A stretch of DNA of 64,000 nt, from contig CAVQUN010000006.1 in NCBI GenBank assembly GCA_963716935.1, positions 163,241 to 227,240 of the forward strand, written 5' to 3'. Positions 22,176-31,654 of the stretch are shown here, in pieces (positions within the stretch are counted from its first letter, which is position 1; each line of letters begins with the position of its first letter). The notes under the pieces were generated by a model that searched no databases, was not told the DNA's origin, and saw only the letters and a list, made by a program, of their open reading frames with translations. Made by a program: the position numbers and the translations under genes. This DNA is from an uncultured Actinomycetes bacterium. Lineage in GTDB: Bacteria; Actinomycetota; UBA4738; HRBIN12.

Positions 22176-22524
22176 GGGGGTGTACTGGCTTCGACTCGAG
22201 CGTTGAACCGCTCGGGGGAAGCGGGCCGAGGTCCCCGGATGCCTCGTGAAAAGCCGGGATCAACACAAGCGCCGATAACTACGCGCTCGCTGCCTAGTTA
22301 GCTAGGTAGCCGTCCGCCCGGGTCCGCCTGCGACTCGGGGTCGGGCGTCGTGAGCAGGCTCACCGCAGCGGTTCGGCCCGAGGGCCGCCGCGGGAAAGCG
22401 AACTGGGGCTGGTCGAGAGGTGCTCCGCCGGCGGGAGCCTCTCGACGAGATCTCCCCGCCGGCTGCGCCCGGAGAAGACCCGAACGGTCGCCCGAGGACA
22501 GGGGTTCGAATCCCCTCACCTCCA
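22176..22524 (+). ncRNA. ssrA: tmRNA (ssrA)
   Basis: 5' GGGGGUG pairs with 3' CACCUCC(A). T-arm GGGGTTCGAATCCCC at 22501-22515. Internal tag ORF ...AAC ACA AGC GCC GAT AAC TAC GCG CTC GCT GCC TAG gives an (A)NTSADNYALAA-type tag, followed by tandem stops (TAG...TAG). Position directly after smpB is the conserved arrangement. Confidence 0.85.
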
Positions 22525-22599
22525 CGAATGGCACGATTCCTCGTGCCCATCTCAGTGTGATGATGTGCCGGGATCGCGACCGAACAGCCAATCAAGTTC

Positions 22600-22982
22600 C
22601 TAACAAGGGACCACCGTGATGGGGCAGCGAGTGCCCGGCGCCTGGCTCAACCGCCTGTCGGCCGTGAGCAGTCCGCACTCGAGCTCCTCGGCCAACGCCA
22701 CGTACGAGGCGTCGTAGGCGGAGAGGTTCACTCGAAGTTCCCACACGCGACCGAGAAGCCCGACCATCGAGTAGCGCACCAGACCGAGACGCCGCCACGT
22801 ATCGAGCGCTGTCCAGCCCTCGGTGACCTCGATCTGACGTTCCCGCACGCTCCGTCGGAGGCCGCTCGCGACCTCCACGTCGATCAGGTGGGGGACGTGG
22901 ACCTGATCCGCTCCCAAGACCTCTCGCGCCGGGCCTGAGTTCAGGAGGCCGGAGAGGGCCGCCGACGCGTCGACGACGATCA
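22600..22982 (-). CDS. vapC: PIN-domain ribonuclease toxin VapC
   Basis: GTG at 22982 overlaps the vapB stop (GTGA). [10 protein letters not shown]...HVPHLIDVEVASGLR...LSAYDASYVALAEELECGLLTADRRL carries the PIN acidic residues (D, E, D). Confidence 0.7.
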
Positions 22983-23201
22983 CCGATCGACGCGTTCGGC
23001 GTCGAGGTCGCGAACGAGCGCCCCGACATCGACCTGCAGGTCGGCGAGCGTCCCGAGCAGCGCCGGATTGTCCGCGCGTCGGGAGATCAGGGCCAGCTCG
23101 CGCACCGCCAGGGCATTCACCGACACCCCCTCCGCGTCGGCAAGCCGCTCGAGTCGGTCCGCCACCTCTTCGGGCACGTTCCGCAGATAGAGCGTCCGCA
23201 T
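22980..23201 (-). CDS. vapB: antitoxin VapB (ribbon-helix-helix type)
   Basis: [37 protein letters not shown] is a typical RHH antitoxin N-terminus. 74 aa. 4-nt overlap with vapC. Upstream SD is weak. Confidence 0.65.
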   Translation of the reverse strand: MRTLYLRNVPEEVADRLERLADAEGVSVNALAVRELALISRRADNPALLGTLADLQVDVGALVRDLDAERVDR

Positions 23202-23247
23202 GTCGCAGAATGCTAGCGTAGAGCGAGCAGATTGCCAAGATCCCTGG

Positions 23248-24456
23248 TCAAGTGTCCGAGATCTGGCGAGCCACGATCGCGGCATCCTCGCCAACCCCAT
23301 ACAAGAGCGAGGACTTGCGCTTGCGGAGGAAGTGCACTCCGACGAAGTACAGACCGGGGGCCACGGTGCTCGCGCCCTCGACGTGGAGCGGGAAGCCGAG
23401 CTCGTCGAACGCGCCGGGGATCCGAACCCAGCTCCCGTAGTGCGGGCGGAACCCGCCGGCGAAGATCACCACGCCGAATCTCGCGAGGTCGACCTGCTCG
23501 GGTGAGGAGCCGTCGAACGGCTCGGGCTCGGCGACTTGGGGCATCGGGAGCCCGCGCTCGGCGACGAGCCCGCGCATGAGGTTCATGGTGTGGTGGAACC
23601 GCTCGTCGCCCCAGGCGACGGTCTCGGAGAGGTCGGTAGCGAACCGGGCGAGGCCGCCGTTCGCCCCGAGAAAGTGGCCGACGAGCGTGACGCCCGCCCG
23701 CCGGAGCGTGCGCAGGTTGAGGTCGTGGCCGCCGCCGTGCCCCGTGCCGAGCACGTTCGCCCACAGGCGCGCCGACGGTGAGGGCAGGTCCGTGAGCAAC
23801 TCGTCGAGGAACCCGGTCTCGACCGCCCACCACACCATGTCGTGCTCGCCGATTCGCCGAGGGGCCCAGGGCGCGCGCCCGCACGCGAGCACCACCTCGC
23901 GGCCCGCCTCCAGGAGCTCCTCGGCCAGCTGGCAGCCGGACTGGCCGCTCCCCACGATCAGCACCGCGCCGGAGGGAAGCTCTTGCGGGTTCCGATAGCC
24001 CTCGACGTCGAGCCGGAAGAGGTCGTCGGGAAGCGTCTCCGCCCCGGGGAGCCGGTGCGGACGCTGGTACGCGCCGGTGGCCACGACCACTCGGCGGGCG
24101 TGCACGTCGCCGTCCGACGTTCGGAGCAGGAAGCCACCGTTGGACGGATCGAGCGAGGAGACCTCAACCCCCTCTCGCACGGGGGCCGCGAACGACGATG
24201 CGTAGCGCTCGAGAAAGGCGACGATCTCGTCCCGCGGCAGGTACCCGTCCGGGTCGTCGCCGTCGTAGTGCAGGTCCGGCAGCTGGACGCTCCAGTTCGG
24301 GGTCACGAGGCAGAACGAGTCCCATCGCCCGCGCCACGTCTCGCCGATCCGGCCGCGCTCGAGGACGACGTGCTCGACGCCCGCGGACGCGATCTCGTGG
24401 CTCGTCGCCAGCCCGGCCTGACCGCTCCCGATGACGACGACGTCGAGGTCCTCCAT
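23248..24456 (-). CDS. FAD-dependent flavin-containing monooxygenase / NAD(P)-binding oxidoreductase
   Basis: Two Rossmann dinucleotide motifs ([11 protein letters not shown] and [17 protein letters not shown]). ATG at 24456. Confidence 0.75.
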   Translation of the reverse strand: MEDLDVVVIGSGQAGLATSHEIASAGVEHVVLERGRIGETWRGRWDSFCLVTPNWSVQLPDLHYDGDDPDGYLPRDEIVAFLERYASSFAAPVREGVEVSSLDPSNGGFLLRTSDGDVHARRVVVATGAYQRPHRLPGAETLPDDLFRLDVEGYRNPQELPSGAVLIVGSGQSGCQLAEELLEAGREVVLACGRAPWAPRRIGEHDMVWWAVETGFLDELLTDLPSPSARLWANVLGTGHGGGHDLNLRTLRRAGVTLVGHFLGANGGLARFATDLSETVAWGDERFHHTMNLMRGLVAERGLPMPQVAEPEPFDGSSPEQVDLARFGVVIFAGGFRPHYGSWVRIPGAFDELGFPLHVEGASTVAPGLYFVGVHFLRKRKSSLLYGVGEDAAIVARQISDT

Positions 24457-24495
24457 GGGTCGCCGCATCCTAGCGGCGTGCATGGGGGAGGAGCG

Positions 24496-24660
24496 TCACT
24501 CGCCCCGTCGGGTGGGGCCCGCCGTCTCGGCGCGGTTACGGAGGAGCTGCTTCGCGCGGACGATGTCGGGGTCGCGCGGGTCGAGAGGAAGTATGAGGCC
24601 GGGGTCGCGCGGGTCGCGCAGGCGCGGGACCACTTGCCGCTCGATCCTCATTCGTCGCAT
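24496..24660 (-). CDS. small hypothetical protein (54 aa) with internal DPRDP repeats
   Basis: ATG at 24660 preceded by GAGGAGG with 7-nt spacing. Coding region contains the 16-nt direct repeat GGGGTCGCGCGGGTCG twice (24567-24582 and 24601-24616). Confidence 0.3.
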   Translation of the reverse strand: MRRMRIERQVVPRLRDPRDPGLILPLDPRDPDIVRAKQLLRNRAETAGPTRRGE

Positions 24661-24804
24661 CAGGCCACCTCCTCGTGTTGTGTTCTCGCAGGCCCGGCGA
24701 GATCGCGCGGTGACCGGCAACACCCATGGCGGGTGACGTGTTCCCGATCCCGAGACCGGGGCGTTGCTTGCGCCGCCTCGGCGCCTGGCGTACGGTCCGC
24801 GCCG

Positions 24805-26817
24805 GTGACCCGTCGCGCTCGGCTCCGGATCGTGGCGCTCGCGGCTGCGCTCGCGATCGTGCTACTGCTCGCCGTGCCTGCCCACGCCGCCGGCAAGACC
24901 GTCCACATCACGAAGTCCGACTCGGCGGGCAACGCCGTCGCCGGCGCCACCTTCACGCTCTACGTCGACGCGGCGCCGGTGGGCGGCGGGCCGCCCAAGG
25001 GCGCGGAGGACGTCACGGTCCAGGGGACCTGCACCACCGGCGCGAACGGCCAGTGCGACATCACCGACGTCCCGCCCGGCAACTACTGGGTCTCCGAGAC
25101 CGGGCCGCCGGCCGGCTACGCCCCGGCGCCCGACAGCACGCTCGAGGTCAAGAAGGGCAAGAAGAAGGTCTTCGAGGTCGTCGTCGTGAACGACAAGAAG
25201 CCGGCGAACACCTCCGTGAACGACCCGACGGGCGACGAGCTCGTCGGCGACGGCACCCACATCTTCCAGTTCGGGCCGGCCGTGGCGGTCTCGGACGACG
25301 GTGAGCAGGTCGGGATCGCGTTCAACGACTCGGCCGGGTTCGCGCAGAACGACTTCTCGGGCATCGGGTTCGCGTTCTCGAGCAACCGCGGCAAGTCCTT
25401 CGAGGATCTCGGCAAGGTCCCGCCGGGCTCGGCCTCGACCTACCTCCTCGCGCAGCCGGCGAGCGTCTACGACTCGCAGCACGGCCGCTTCGTGGTTGCG
25501 ATGCAGGGCGCGCTGCTCGAGAACAACGAGCTCCGGTTCCCCATCCTCGTCTCGACCTTCGACCCCGATGCCGGGTCCTTCGGCGGCCCGGTCGACACGT
25601 TCCCGGGCATCGTTCCCGGCACGTCCACGGCGCATGATCCGGCGCTCGCGTTCGATCGCAAGCGCGGCGTGCTGTTCCTCGCGTTCACCGTGTCGAACGG
25701 ATTCGGCCAGGCAGAGGGGTTCCTCTCGCGATCGAGAAGCGGCGGGGAGAAGTGGAGCAAGCCGGTCTCGGTCACCGGTCCGGGGACGAACGACTTCCTC
25801 GGCCTGCAGGTCGCGGGCAACGGCACGCTCTATCTCACGTGGACGGACTTCGGTGGCTCGGGCGCGACGACGAACGACATGCGCCTGTCGAAGTCCACCG
25901 ACGGTGGGCTGACGTTCACGAGCTCGCTCACGATCGCCAACAACGTCCTGAAGAGCGGGACCGTCGACAGCTGCGGCTCGACGACGCGGGACACCTACCT
26001 CGGCGGGCTCGTCACGGCGGACGCGCCCCGGCTGGCGGTCGACCCGACCGATCCAGGGCGCCTGCTCGTGGCCTTCACGGCCCACGGCGAGACGGACGAG
26101 AGCGACATCCTGTACACGACCTCGACCGACTCCGGGAAGACCTGGTCCGATCCGGTGCGCTTGCCCACGTCGGCGGGCGTCCAGATGTTCCCTGACGTCC
26201 GCGTCACGTCAGATGGACGCATGGCGATCACGTATTACGAGGCGAGCTCGCCCTCGTCCATCGATTACGTCGCGTCGGTCGGCCCGATCTTCGGGCTCCC
26301 GCAGCTCAACCTCACGACCTCGCTGCCGCTGAACGCGGCACCCTTCCCTCTCTGGAACACGCAGACCCCGTTCGACACCGGCTACAGCGCGTGCTTCGGC
26401 ATGCAGGGCAACCAGTTCGCGGCGCCGGGATCCGGCCTGTTCACGGCCTGGGCCGACGGCAACGACGCGGGCCCGGCCGCAAACGGCGGCGTCGACCCGA
26501 ACATCCGGTTCGCGCGGATCGATCCGAGCCTGCCGACCTCGACGACGCTGTCGATCTCGGCGAAGGGAACGACCGTGCACGCATCGGGGCGCGTGACCCC
26601 CGACCCCGTGCTCGCGGCGAAGGTCACCGTCACGCTGTACATCGACGTCGGACCGGGCGGGTTCCGCAAGGCCGACACCGTGCGCCCGACGTTGGCCCCG
26701 CACGGGACCTTCGGCGTCTCGTTCACCAAGCCCGGCGGGCAGTGCCGGCTCGTGGTCACGTTCGCGGGGGGCGAGGGCCGGCTCGGCAGCTCGGTCACGA
26801 AGACGTTCGACTGCTGA
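24805..26817 (+). CDS. secreted BNR/Asp-box repeat protein (sialidase-like beta-propeller) with N-terminal SpaA/prealbumin-like domain
   Basis: GTG at 24805. Signal peptide (IVALAAALAIVLLLAVPAHAAG). N-terminal segment resembles a SpaA-type Ig-fold domain. Asp-box motifs S.DGG.TF/W (SKSTDGGLTFT, STDSGKTWS, SSNRGKSF). Confidence 0.7.
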   Translation: MTRRARLRIVALAAALAIVLLLAVPAHAAGKTVHITKSDSAGNAVAGATFTLYVDAAPVGGGPPKGAEDVTVQGTCTTGANGQCDITDVPPGNYWVSETGPPAGYAPAPDSTLEVKKGKKKVFEVVVVNDKKPANTSVNDPTGDELVGDGTHIFQFGPAVAVSDDGEQVGIAFNDSAGFAQNDFSGIGFAFSSNRGKSFEDLGKVPPGSASTYLLAQPASVYDSQHGRFVVAMQGALLENNELRFPILVSTFDPDAGSFGGPVDTFPGIVPGTSTAHDPALAFDRKRGVLFLAFTVSNGFGQAEGFLSRSRSGGEKWSKPVSVTGPGTNDFLGLQVAGNGTLYLTWTDFGGSGATTNDMRLSKSTDGGLTFTSSLTIANNVLKSGTVDSCGSTTRDTYLGGLVTADAPRLAVDPTDPGRLLVAFTAHGETDESDILYTTSTDSGKTWSDPVRLPTSAGVQMFPDVRVTSDGRMAITYYEASSPSSIDYVASVGPIFGLPQLNLTTSLPLNAAPFPLWNTQTPFDTGYSACFGMQGNQFAAPGSGLFTAWADGNDAGPAANGGVDPNIRFARIDPSLPTSTTLSISAKGTTVHASGRVTPDPVLAAKVTVTLYIDVGPGGFRKADTVRPTLAPHGTFGVSFTKPGGQCRLVVTFAGGEGRLGSSVTKTFDC

Positions 26818-26824
26818 GCGCGGC

Positions 26825-27235
26825 TCAGGGGCTCGGCTCGAGCCGGGCGCCGTCGCGGGTCGCCTGGACGAAGAGTCGCGTTCCCGTCGGCGCCGGGATG
26901 TCGGGGACCACCACCACCGGCACGGCCGTCCCGTAGAGCTCGCGCGCCACGATCGCCCCGAGGGCGACGATCGCGTCGGGCTCGAGCAGGACGATCGCGG
27001 CCGGCGCCGTCCCGGCGCGGATCGCCTCGGCCAGCACGCTCGAGCTCGAGCTCGAGCCCCGGCCCGAAGGCATCACGAGGACCCGGCCGGCGAGCTCGGC
27101 GCCGGCCTGGGGGTGGCGGAGCTCGATCACGCGGCCCGTTGCCGGGTCGATGCCGCCCCAGAAGCTGAGCGGCTCGTCGAGCACGAGGACCTCGCCCTCG
27201 GCCGAGCCCGCGACGAGGGTCCGCCCCTCAGCCAT
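26825..27235 (-). CDS. aconitase X swivel-domain subunit (AcnX small subunit, DUF126)
   Basis: 136 aa. GEVLVLDEPLSFWGGIDPATG...VMPSGRGSSSSS is the DUF126/AcnX swivel signature. Overlaps the upstream large subunit by 8 nt. Confidence 0.75.
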   Translation of the reverse strand: MAEGRTLVAGSAEGEVLVLDEPLSFWGGIDPATGRVIELRHPQAGAELAGRVLVMPSGRGSSSSSSVLAEAIRAGTAPAAIVLLEPDAIVALGAIVARELYGTAVPVVVVPDIPAPTGTRLFVQATRDGARLEPSP

Positions 27236-28487
27236 CGCCCCACAGCCCTCGGTCGAGCACCACGCGCCCGGCGATCGCGGAGTCGACGCACTCCCGTAGG
27301 CCGCCGAGCACCACGCGAACGCCGATGTTGGCCGGCGCGTACCACGCCCACTTGCCCGAGTCGGTCATGACCGCCCCGTCCACCTCGCCGAGCATCGGCG
27401 AGAGGTAGGTGCAGGTGTCCGACACGATCCGCACGCCGCTCGCCGCGAGCGCGCTCGAGAGGCCCCGACGGCCGGCCTCGGCGAGGACGTCGCGTCCGAC
27501 GTTGACCCAGAGCGGCACCGCAGGCGTTCGCCCGCCGAGCAGGTCGCGCAGCCGCTCGAGCTCGGCGAGCGAGGCGTGCGGCGTGCCGACGCAGACCGCG
27601 CCCAGTCCCGCGCCGTCGTCGACGCCGAGCTCCGCGCGCGCGGCACGCAGCCGCTCGAGCGTCACCGGGATCTCGGGGACGAGGTCGCCGCCGGTCGCGG
27701 CCTCGAGCGTCGGCGCCTCGGGCGTCACGCCGACCACGTGGAACATCGCGACGGCGCCCGAGGACGCGGCGGCCGCGCCGAGCGCCTTCAGCCGGTCCTC
27801 GTCCGTGTCCTCCGGCAGGCCGACGATGGCCGGGACCGCAGTGCCGGCCTCGCGACCCACGAGGTGTCCGAGGACCGGGAACAGCGCATCGGAGCGCAGC
27901 AGGCGCTCCGGGACGTCGGCAAGACGCAGCACGAGGCGGGCGTGGCGCTCCTCGTCGCGGTGGAGCCCCGCGTCGGGGACGCGCGCGGTGATCGCGGCGC
28001 TCACGTCGAGGAAGTCGCCGTACCGGTTCGTGCGCGCCCCGAGGACGGAGTTGCAGAACGCGATCGCGTTCGACTCGGCCCAGGCGACGTGCTCGCCGAA
28101 CCCGGGTCGCTCCGGCAGTTGGTAGGGAGCGCAGGTCCAGGTCGCGCGGCACCCCATCGCGACGTAGGCGTCCATCTGGCGCCGGGCGCGCGCGGCGGTC
28201 TCGGCGTCGACGCCCGCGTGCTCGGGGTGCAGCAGATCGAGCGCGCCGACGTTCAGCGTCGTCGGGATCCGGACCGCGGCGCCGCCGGCGACCAGGCGCT
28301 CGGCGAACTCGAGGCCGGCGATCCCGTGGTAGAGGCATCCGTCGACGTGCGCCGACGAGACGTCGAGGAGCCGCTCGGCGCCCATGACCTCGGCGGTCTC
28401 GACGACGATCCGCATCGCGAGCGCGGCCGCCTCGCCCCGGCCGCCATCGAGGAACGCGCGATCGTCCTCGGTCAGCCGGACGGGCAC
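27228..28487 (-). CDS. aconitase X catalytic-domain subunit (AcnX large subunit, DUF521); cis-3-hydroxy-L-proline dehydratase-type
   Basis: 419 aa. Aconitase-like Cys ligands present. The split two-subunit arrangement is as in bacterial type IIa AcnX. Confidence 0.75.
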   Translation of the reverse strand: MPVRLTEDDRAFLDGGRGEAAALAMRIVVETAEVMGAERLLDVSSAHVDGCLYHGIAGLEFAERLVAGGAAVRIPTTLNVGALDLLHPEHAGVDAETAARARRQMDAYVAMGCRATWTCAPYQLPERPGFGEHVAWAESNAIAFCNSVLGARTNRYGDFLDVSAAITARVPDAGLHRDEERHARLVLRLADVPERLLRSDALFPVLGHLVGREAGTAVPAIVGLPEDTDEDRLKALGAAAASSGAVAMFHVVGVTPEAPTLEAATGGDLVPEIPVTLERLRAARAELGVDDGAGLGAVCVGTPHASLAELERLRDLLGGRTPAVPLWVNVGRDVLAEAGRRGLSSALAASGVRIVSDTCTYLSPMLGEVDGAVMTDSGKWAWYAPANIGVRVVLGGLRECVDSAIAGRVVLDRGLWGDG

Positions 28488-28494
28488 CGGCCGG

Positions 28495-29652
28495 TCAGCG
28501 GCGGGCGGCGGTCTCGAAGATCGGGAGCGCTCGCTCGACCATCTCGTCGTTGCCCGAGACCGAGATCCGGAAGCGCCCCGGCATCTCCACGACCGCGCCG
28601 GGCAGGACGAACACCTTGTCTCGCGCCAGCCGCTCCACGAACGCGACGTCGTCGGGATCCGGGCTGGTCGGGAGCAGGTAGAACGTTCCCTCGGGCGAGT
28701 GCAGGTCGTAGCCGTAGGAGCGGAGCTCGTCCACCATCCGGTCGCGGCGGCGTTGCAGCGCCTTGACGTCCACGCTCAGATGCTCGAGGTCCCCGATCGC
28801 TCGTTGCAGGACATTGCTGGGCGCTCCGTGTCCCCCGTACGTGAGCTGGGCGAGCATGAGTGCCTCGCGCATCGGTTCGCGATCGGGCATGGTGGGAGGG
28901 AGCGCGACATAGCCGCACCGCTGGCCCGGCGTGAGCAGTTGCTTCGCGTACGTGTAGACGAGGAACGAGAAGGGGTAGAACTCCGTCGGGCTCGGGAACG
29001 AGCGGTCGTCGAACACGATCCGCGAGTACGCCTCGTCGGAGATCAGGTAGATCGGTCGCCCGGCCGGCTCCGACGCGGCGGCCAGGACATCGGCGAGCGC
29101 GCGGAGCGTCTCGGGTGGATAGATCTTCCCGCTCGGATTGTTCGGTGAGTTCACGATGATCGCCGACGTGCGCTCGGTGATCGCCGCCTCGATCGCGCCG
29201 ATGTCCAGATCCCACGTCTCGTAGCTCACGGGCACCCGGACCGGCTCGACGTCGCCTCCCAGGATGATGGCCTCGTAGAAGAACCACGGCGGGGTGAGGA
29301 AGATCACCTCGTCGCCGGGGGAGGCGACGGTGCGGATGCACAGGTTGAGGCCGGTGAACGCGCCGTCGGTCACCAGGACGTCCGCGGCCTCGAAGGGCAC
29401 GCCACGGCGCTCGCGCAGGCCCGCGGCGACGGCTTCCTGCGCATACGGCTCGTTGAACTTGTAGGCGTACCAGTCCTTGTCCTTTGGAACGGTCCAGCGC
29501 TGGAGGGACTCCACGTACGCGGGGAGCACCATCTCCTGCGGGTTCCCCGCGACGAAGTCGCAGTTCTCCGGGTCCGCGGGATCGCGTGTCGCCCAGCCAC
29601 CTCGGGTGAAGAACCGCATCAGCGGCTCCTCGATCTCGCGGATGCGCTGCAT
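28495..29652 (-). CDS. pyridoxal-phosphate-dependent aminotransferase (class I/II fold)
   Basis: ATG at 29652 (alternative GTG at 29679). NSPNNPSGKIY and SFSKQ-like YTYAKQLL with lysine are aminotransferase class I motifs. Confidence 0.85.
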   Translation of the reverse strand: MQRIREIEEPLMRFFTRGGWATRDPADPENCDFVAGNPQEMVLPAYVESLQRWTVPKDKDWYAYKFNEPYAQEAVAAGLRERRGVPFEAADVLVTDGAFTGLNLCIRTVASPGDEVIFLTPPWFFYEAIILGGDVEPVRVPVSYETWDLDIGAIEAAITERTSAIIVNSPNNPSGKIYPPETLRALADVLAAASEPAGRPIYLISDEAYSRIVFDDRSFPSPTEFYPFSFLVYTYAKQLLTPGQRCGYVALPPTMPDREPMREALMLAQLTYGGHGAPSNVLQRAIGDLEHLSVDVKALQRRRDRMVDELRSYGYDLHSPEGTFYLLPTSPDPDDVAFVERLARDKVFVLPGAVVEMPGRFRISVSGNDEMVERALPIFETAARR

Positions 29653-29720
29653 GCTCGTCGAGAAGCTGTGGGTCGCCACGGCGGCGACCCTACCACGGGG
29701 GCCGTGAACGGTTCGACGCA

Positions 29721-31616
29721 CTACCAGGTGACAGCGGGCAGGCCGTCGGGATCGGCGTCGGGGTAGCTCGTCGCGCCGTACCGGGAGAGGTCGCGCCCGG
29801 CGAGGTCCGCGATGAAGGTCGTCGGCAGGACCGCCGCGAACGTCGGGTCGCCGAGGCGGTCGCGACGGATCGCGGCCGGCCGGATGTACGGGCCGATGTT
29901 CTCCCCATAGCGATAGTCGGCGAGGAACGCGGCGACGTCCTCGGCCGAGTAGCCCGCGTCGGTGAGCGCCTTCGGGCTGAGATACACCTCGGACGGCGCG
30001 ACGAGCTGCACCAGGTCGAACACGCTCTTGCCGAACTCGCGCTCGAGGTCCTGCTCGAGCTGGATGGGGTCGATCCGCACGCCGCCGCTCGCGTCGATCT
30101 GGGGGCACTGCCCGTGGTCGGCCGTCACGACGAGCGCGAACCCGCCGGGCCCGAACCGGTCGAGCAGGCCGTCCGCGACCCGGCCGATCTCGCCGTCGAC
30201 GGCGCCGAGCACCTCGGCCTGCCGCGGGTCGTCCATGTTGTACACGTGGCCCGAGTAGTCCGGCGCCTTGAAGTTCAGGTAGAGGAGGTCGGGGACGTCG
30301 TCGGCGCCGATCGGCTCCGAGTCGAACGCGGCCTCGATGAGCTCGCCCTGATACCGCACGACCGGCGGGAAGCAGCACATCGCCTTCTTGCCCGTGGGGT
30401 CGTACGGCGACGGCGCGGGCGGCGAGTAGCCGGCGGTGAGCTCGTCGAGCCGGTCGAGGCCGGGCGCCGAGTGCGGCAAGCGGTACATGTCGGGGTGGTG
30501 CGGCTTCCACCCGCCGCCGCCGTCCTCGTCCCAGAACACGCCGACCGGGACCTCGCCGATCGGCTGGCCGCCGCGGCCCAGCAGCCCGAGGTGCCAGACC
30601 TGGTAGCCGATCTCGCCGACCCAGGCGCCGTTCGCGGTGGCTTCGGCCCACCGGTCGGCGAGCGTCGGCTCGAGCAGGAACGACGGATCCACGTGGCCCG
30701 GCTCACCCCAGGCCTTCACGGGGCCGTCACCCCGTCGGACGTTGTGGCCCGTGATCCCGTGGGTCCGGGGGAACGCCCCGGTACCGATCGTCGCGTGCGT
30801 CGCCGCCGTGACCGCCGGGAACGAGCCCGAGATGGCGTTGCGGTACGCGGCGCCCTCGCGAAGGAGGCGCTTGAGGTTCGGCCACGCGTCCGGCCAGCGG
30901 TGGAGCACGTTCCACCCGCCGCCGTCGATCACGAAGGTCACGACGACTCGCGGAGGCGCCGCCGGGGCGACGATGCCCGGGAGCACTGCCCCGTCCGCCG
31001 CGCGGAAGGCGTCGAAGCCGATGAGCGCGGCGGTGGTCGGCGCCAGGTCCGCGAGCGTCACGCGCTCGTCGTGATCCTGCGGCTCGACGAGGCCGGGGGC
31101 CCAGACGGCGATCGGTACCCGCTCCCCGTACATCCACACGACGGCGTGGCTCGAGCGCGGGTCGTTCGGCTCGAGCGAGAGCGACTCCTGCTCGTAGTTC
31201 GAGCTCGAGAAGGGTGTGACGAGGAGCTGGAGGTCGCCCGAGCGCCCGGGGTGGTAGGCGCGCGTGACGAGCTCGAGGTACTCGGACCCGAGGTCCTTCG
31301 CGGCGGCCTCGAGGGTTGGTCGCGGATCCGGACGGGTGAGCCGCCGGAGCGTGGCGCCGAGCGCGGTGCCCCCGAAGAGCGTCACGAGCCCAAGGCCGCC
31401 GAGCGTGATCCGCAGGAAGCGCCGCCGCGACGGGTCGGGCTCGGCGTCGGCGTCGGTGCGGCGGGCGATGACGAACAGGGCCGCCGCGAGCGTGAGCAGC
31501 CCGGCGAGCGCCCCGCCGACGAGGCTGCCGGTGAACGTGACGACGAAGGCGACGGTCCCGCCGGCGAGCGCGAGCACGACGAGGACGGCTCGGGAGGTTC
31601 GGTGCACGACCTTCAA
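29721..31616 (-). CDS. membrane-anchored type I phosphodiesterase / nucleotide pyrophosphatase (alkaline-phosphatase superfamily)
   Basis: Two N-terminal TM helices. NPP motifs FPAVTAATHATIGTGAFPRTHGITGHN and DHG (VTADHGQ). TTG at 31616 or GTG at 31607 as start. Confidence 0.75.
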   Translation of the reverse strand: MKVVHRTSRAVLVVLALAGGTVAFVVTFTGSLVGGALAGLLTLAAALFVIARRTDADAEPDPSRRRFLRITLGGLGLVTLFGGTALGATLRRLTRPDPRPTLEAAAKDLGSEYLELVTRAYHPGRSGDLQLLVTPFSSSNYEQESLSLEPNDPRSSHAVVWMYGERVPIAVWAPGLVEPQDHDERVTLADLAPTTAALIGFDAFRAADGAVLPGIVAPAAPPRVVVTFVIDGGGWNVLHRWPDAWPNLKRLLREGAAYRNAISGSFPAVTAATHATIGTGAFPRTHGITGHNVRRGDGPVKAWGEPGHVDPSFLLEPTLADRWAEATANGAWVGEIGYQVWHLGLLGRGGQPIGEVPVGVFWDEDGGGGWKPHHPDMYRLPHSAPGLDRLDELTAGYSPPAPSPYDPTGKKAMCCFPPVVRYQGELIEAAFDSEPIGADDVPDLLYLNFKAPDYSGHVYNMDDPRQAEVLGAVDGEIGRVADGLLDRFGPGGFALVVTADHGQCPQIDASGGVRIDPIQLEQDLEREFGKSVFDLVQLVAPSEVYLSPKALTDAGYSAEDVAAFLADYRYGENIGPYIRPAAIRRDRLGDPTFAAVLPTTFIADLAGRDLSRYGATSYPDADPDGLPAVTW

Positions 31617-31654
31617 TTATCCCGGACCCGGCCGGTGCGACCGTGCTGTTCTCG

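Noticed and set aside
22298-22619. Small ORFs on both strands at 22298-22619
   Set aside because: Located inside the tmRNA gene. They are explained by the structured RNA.
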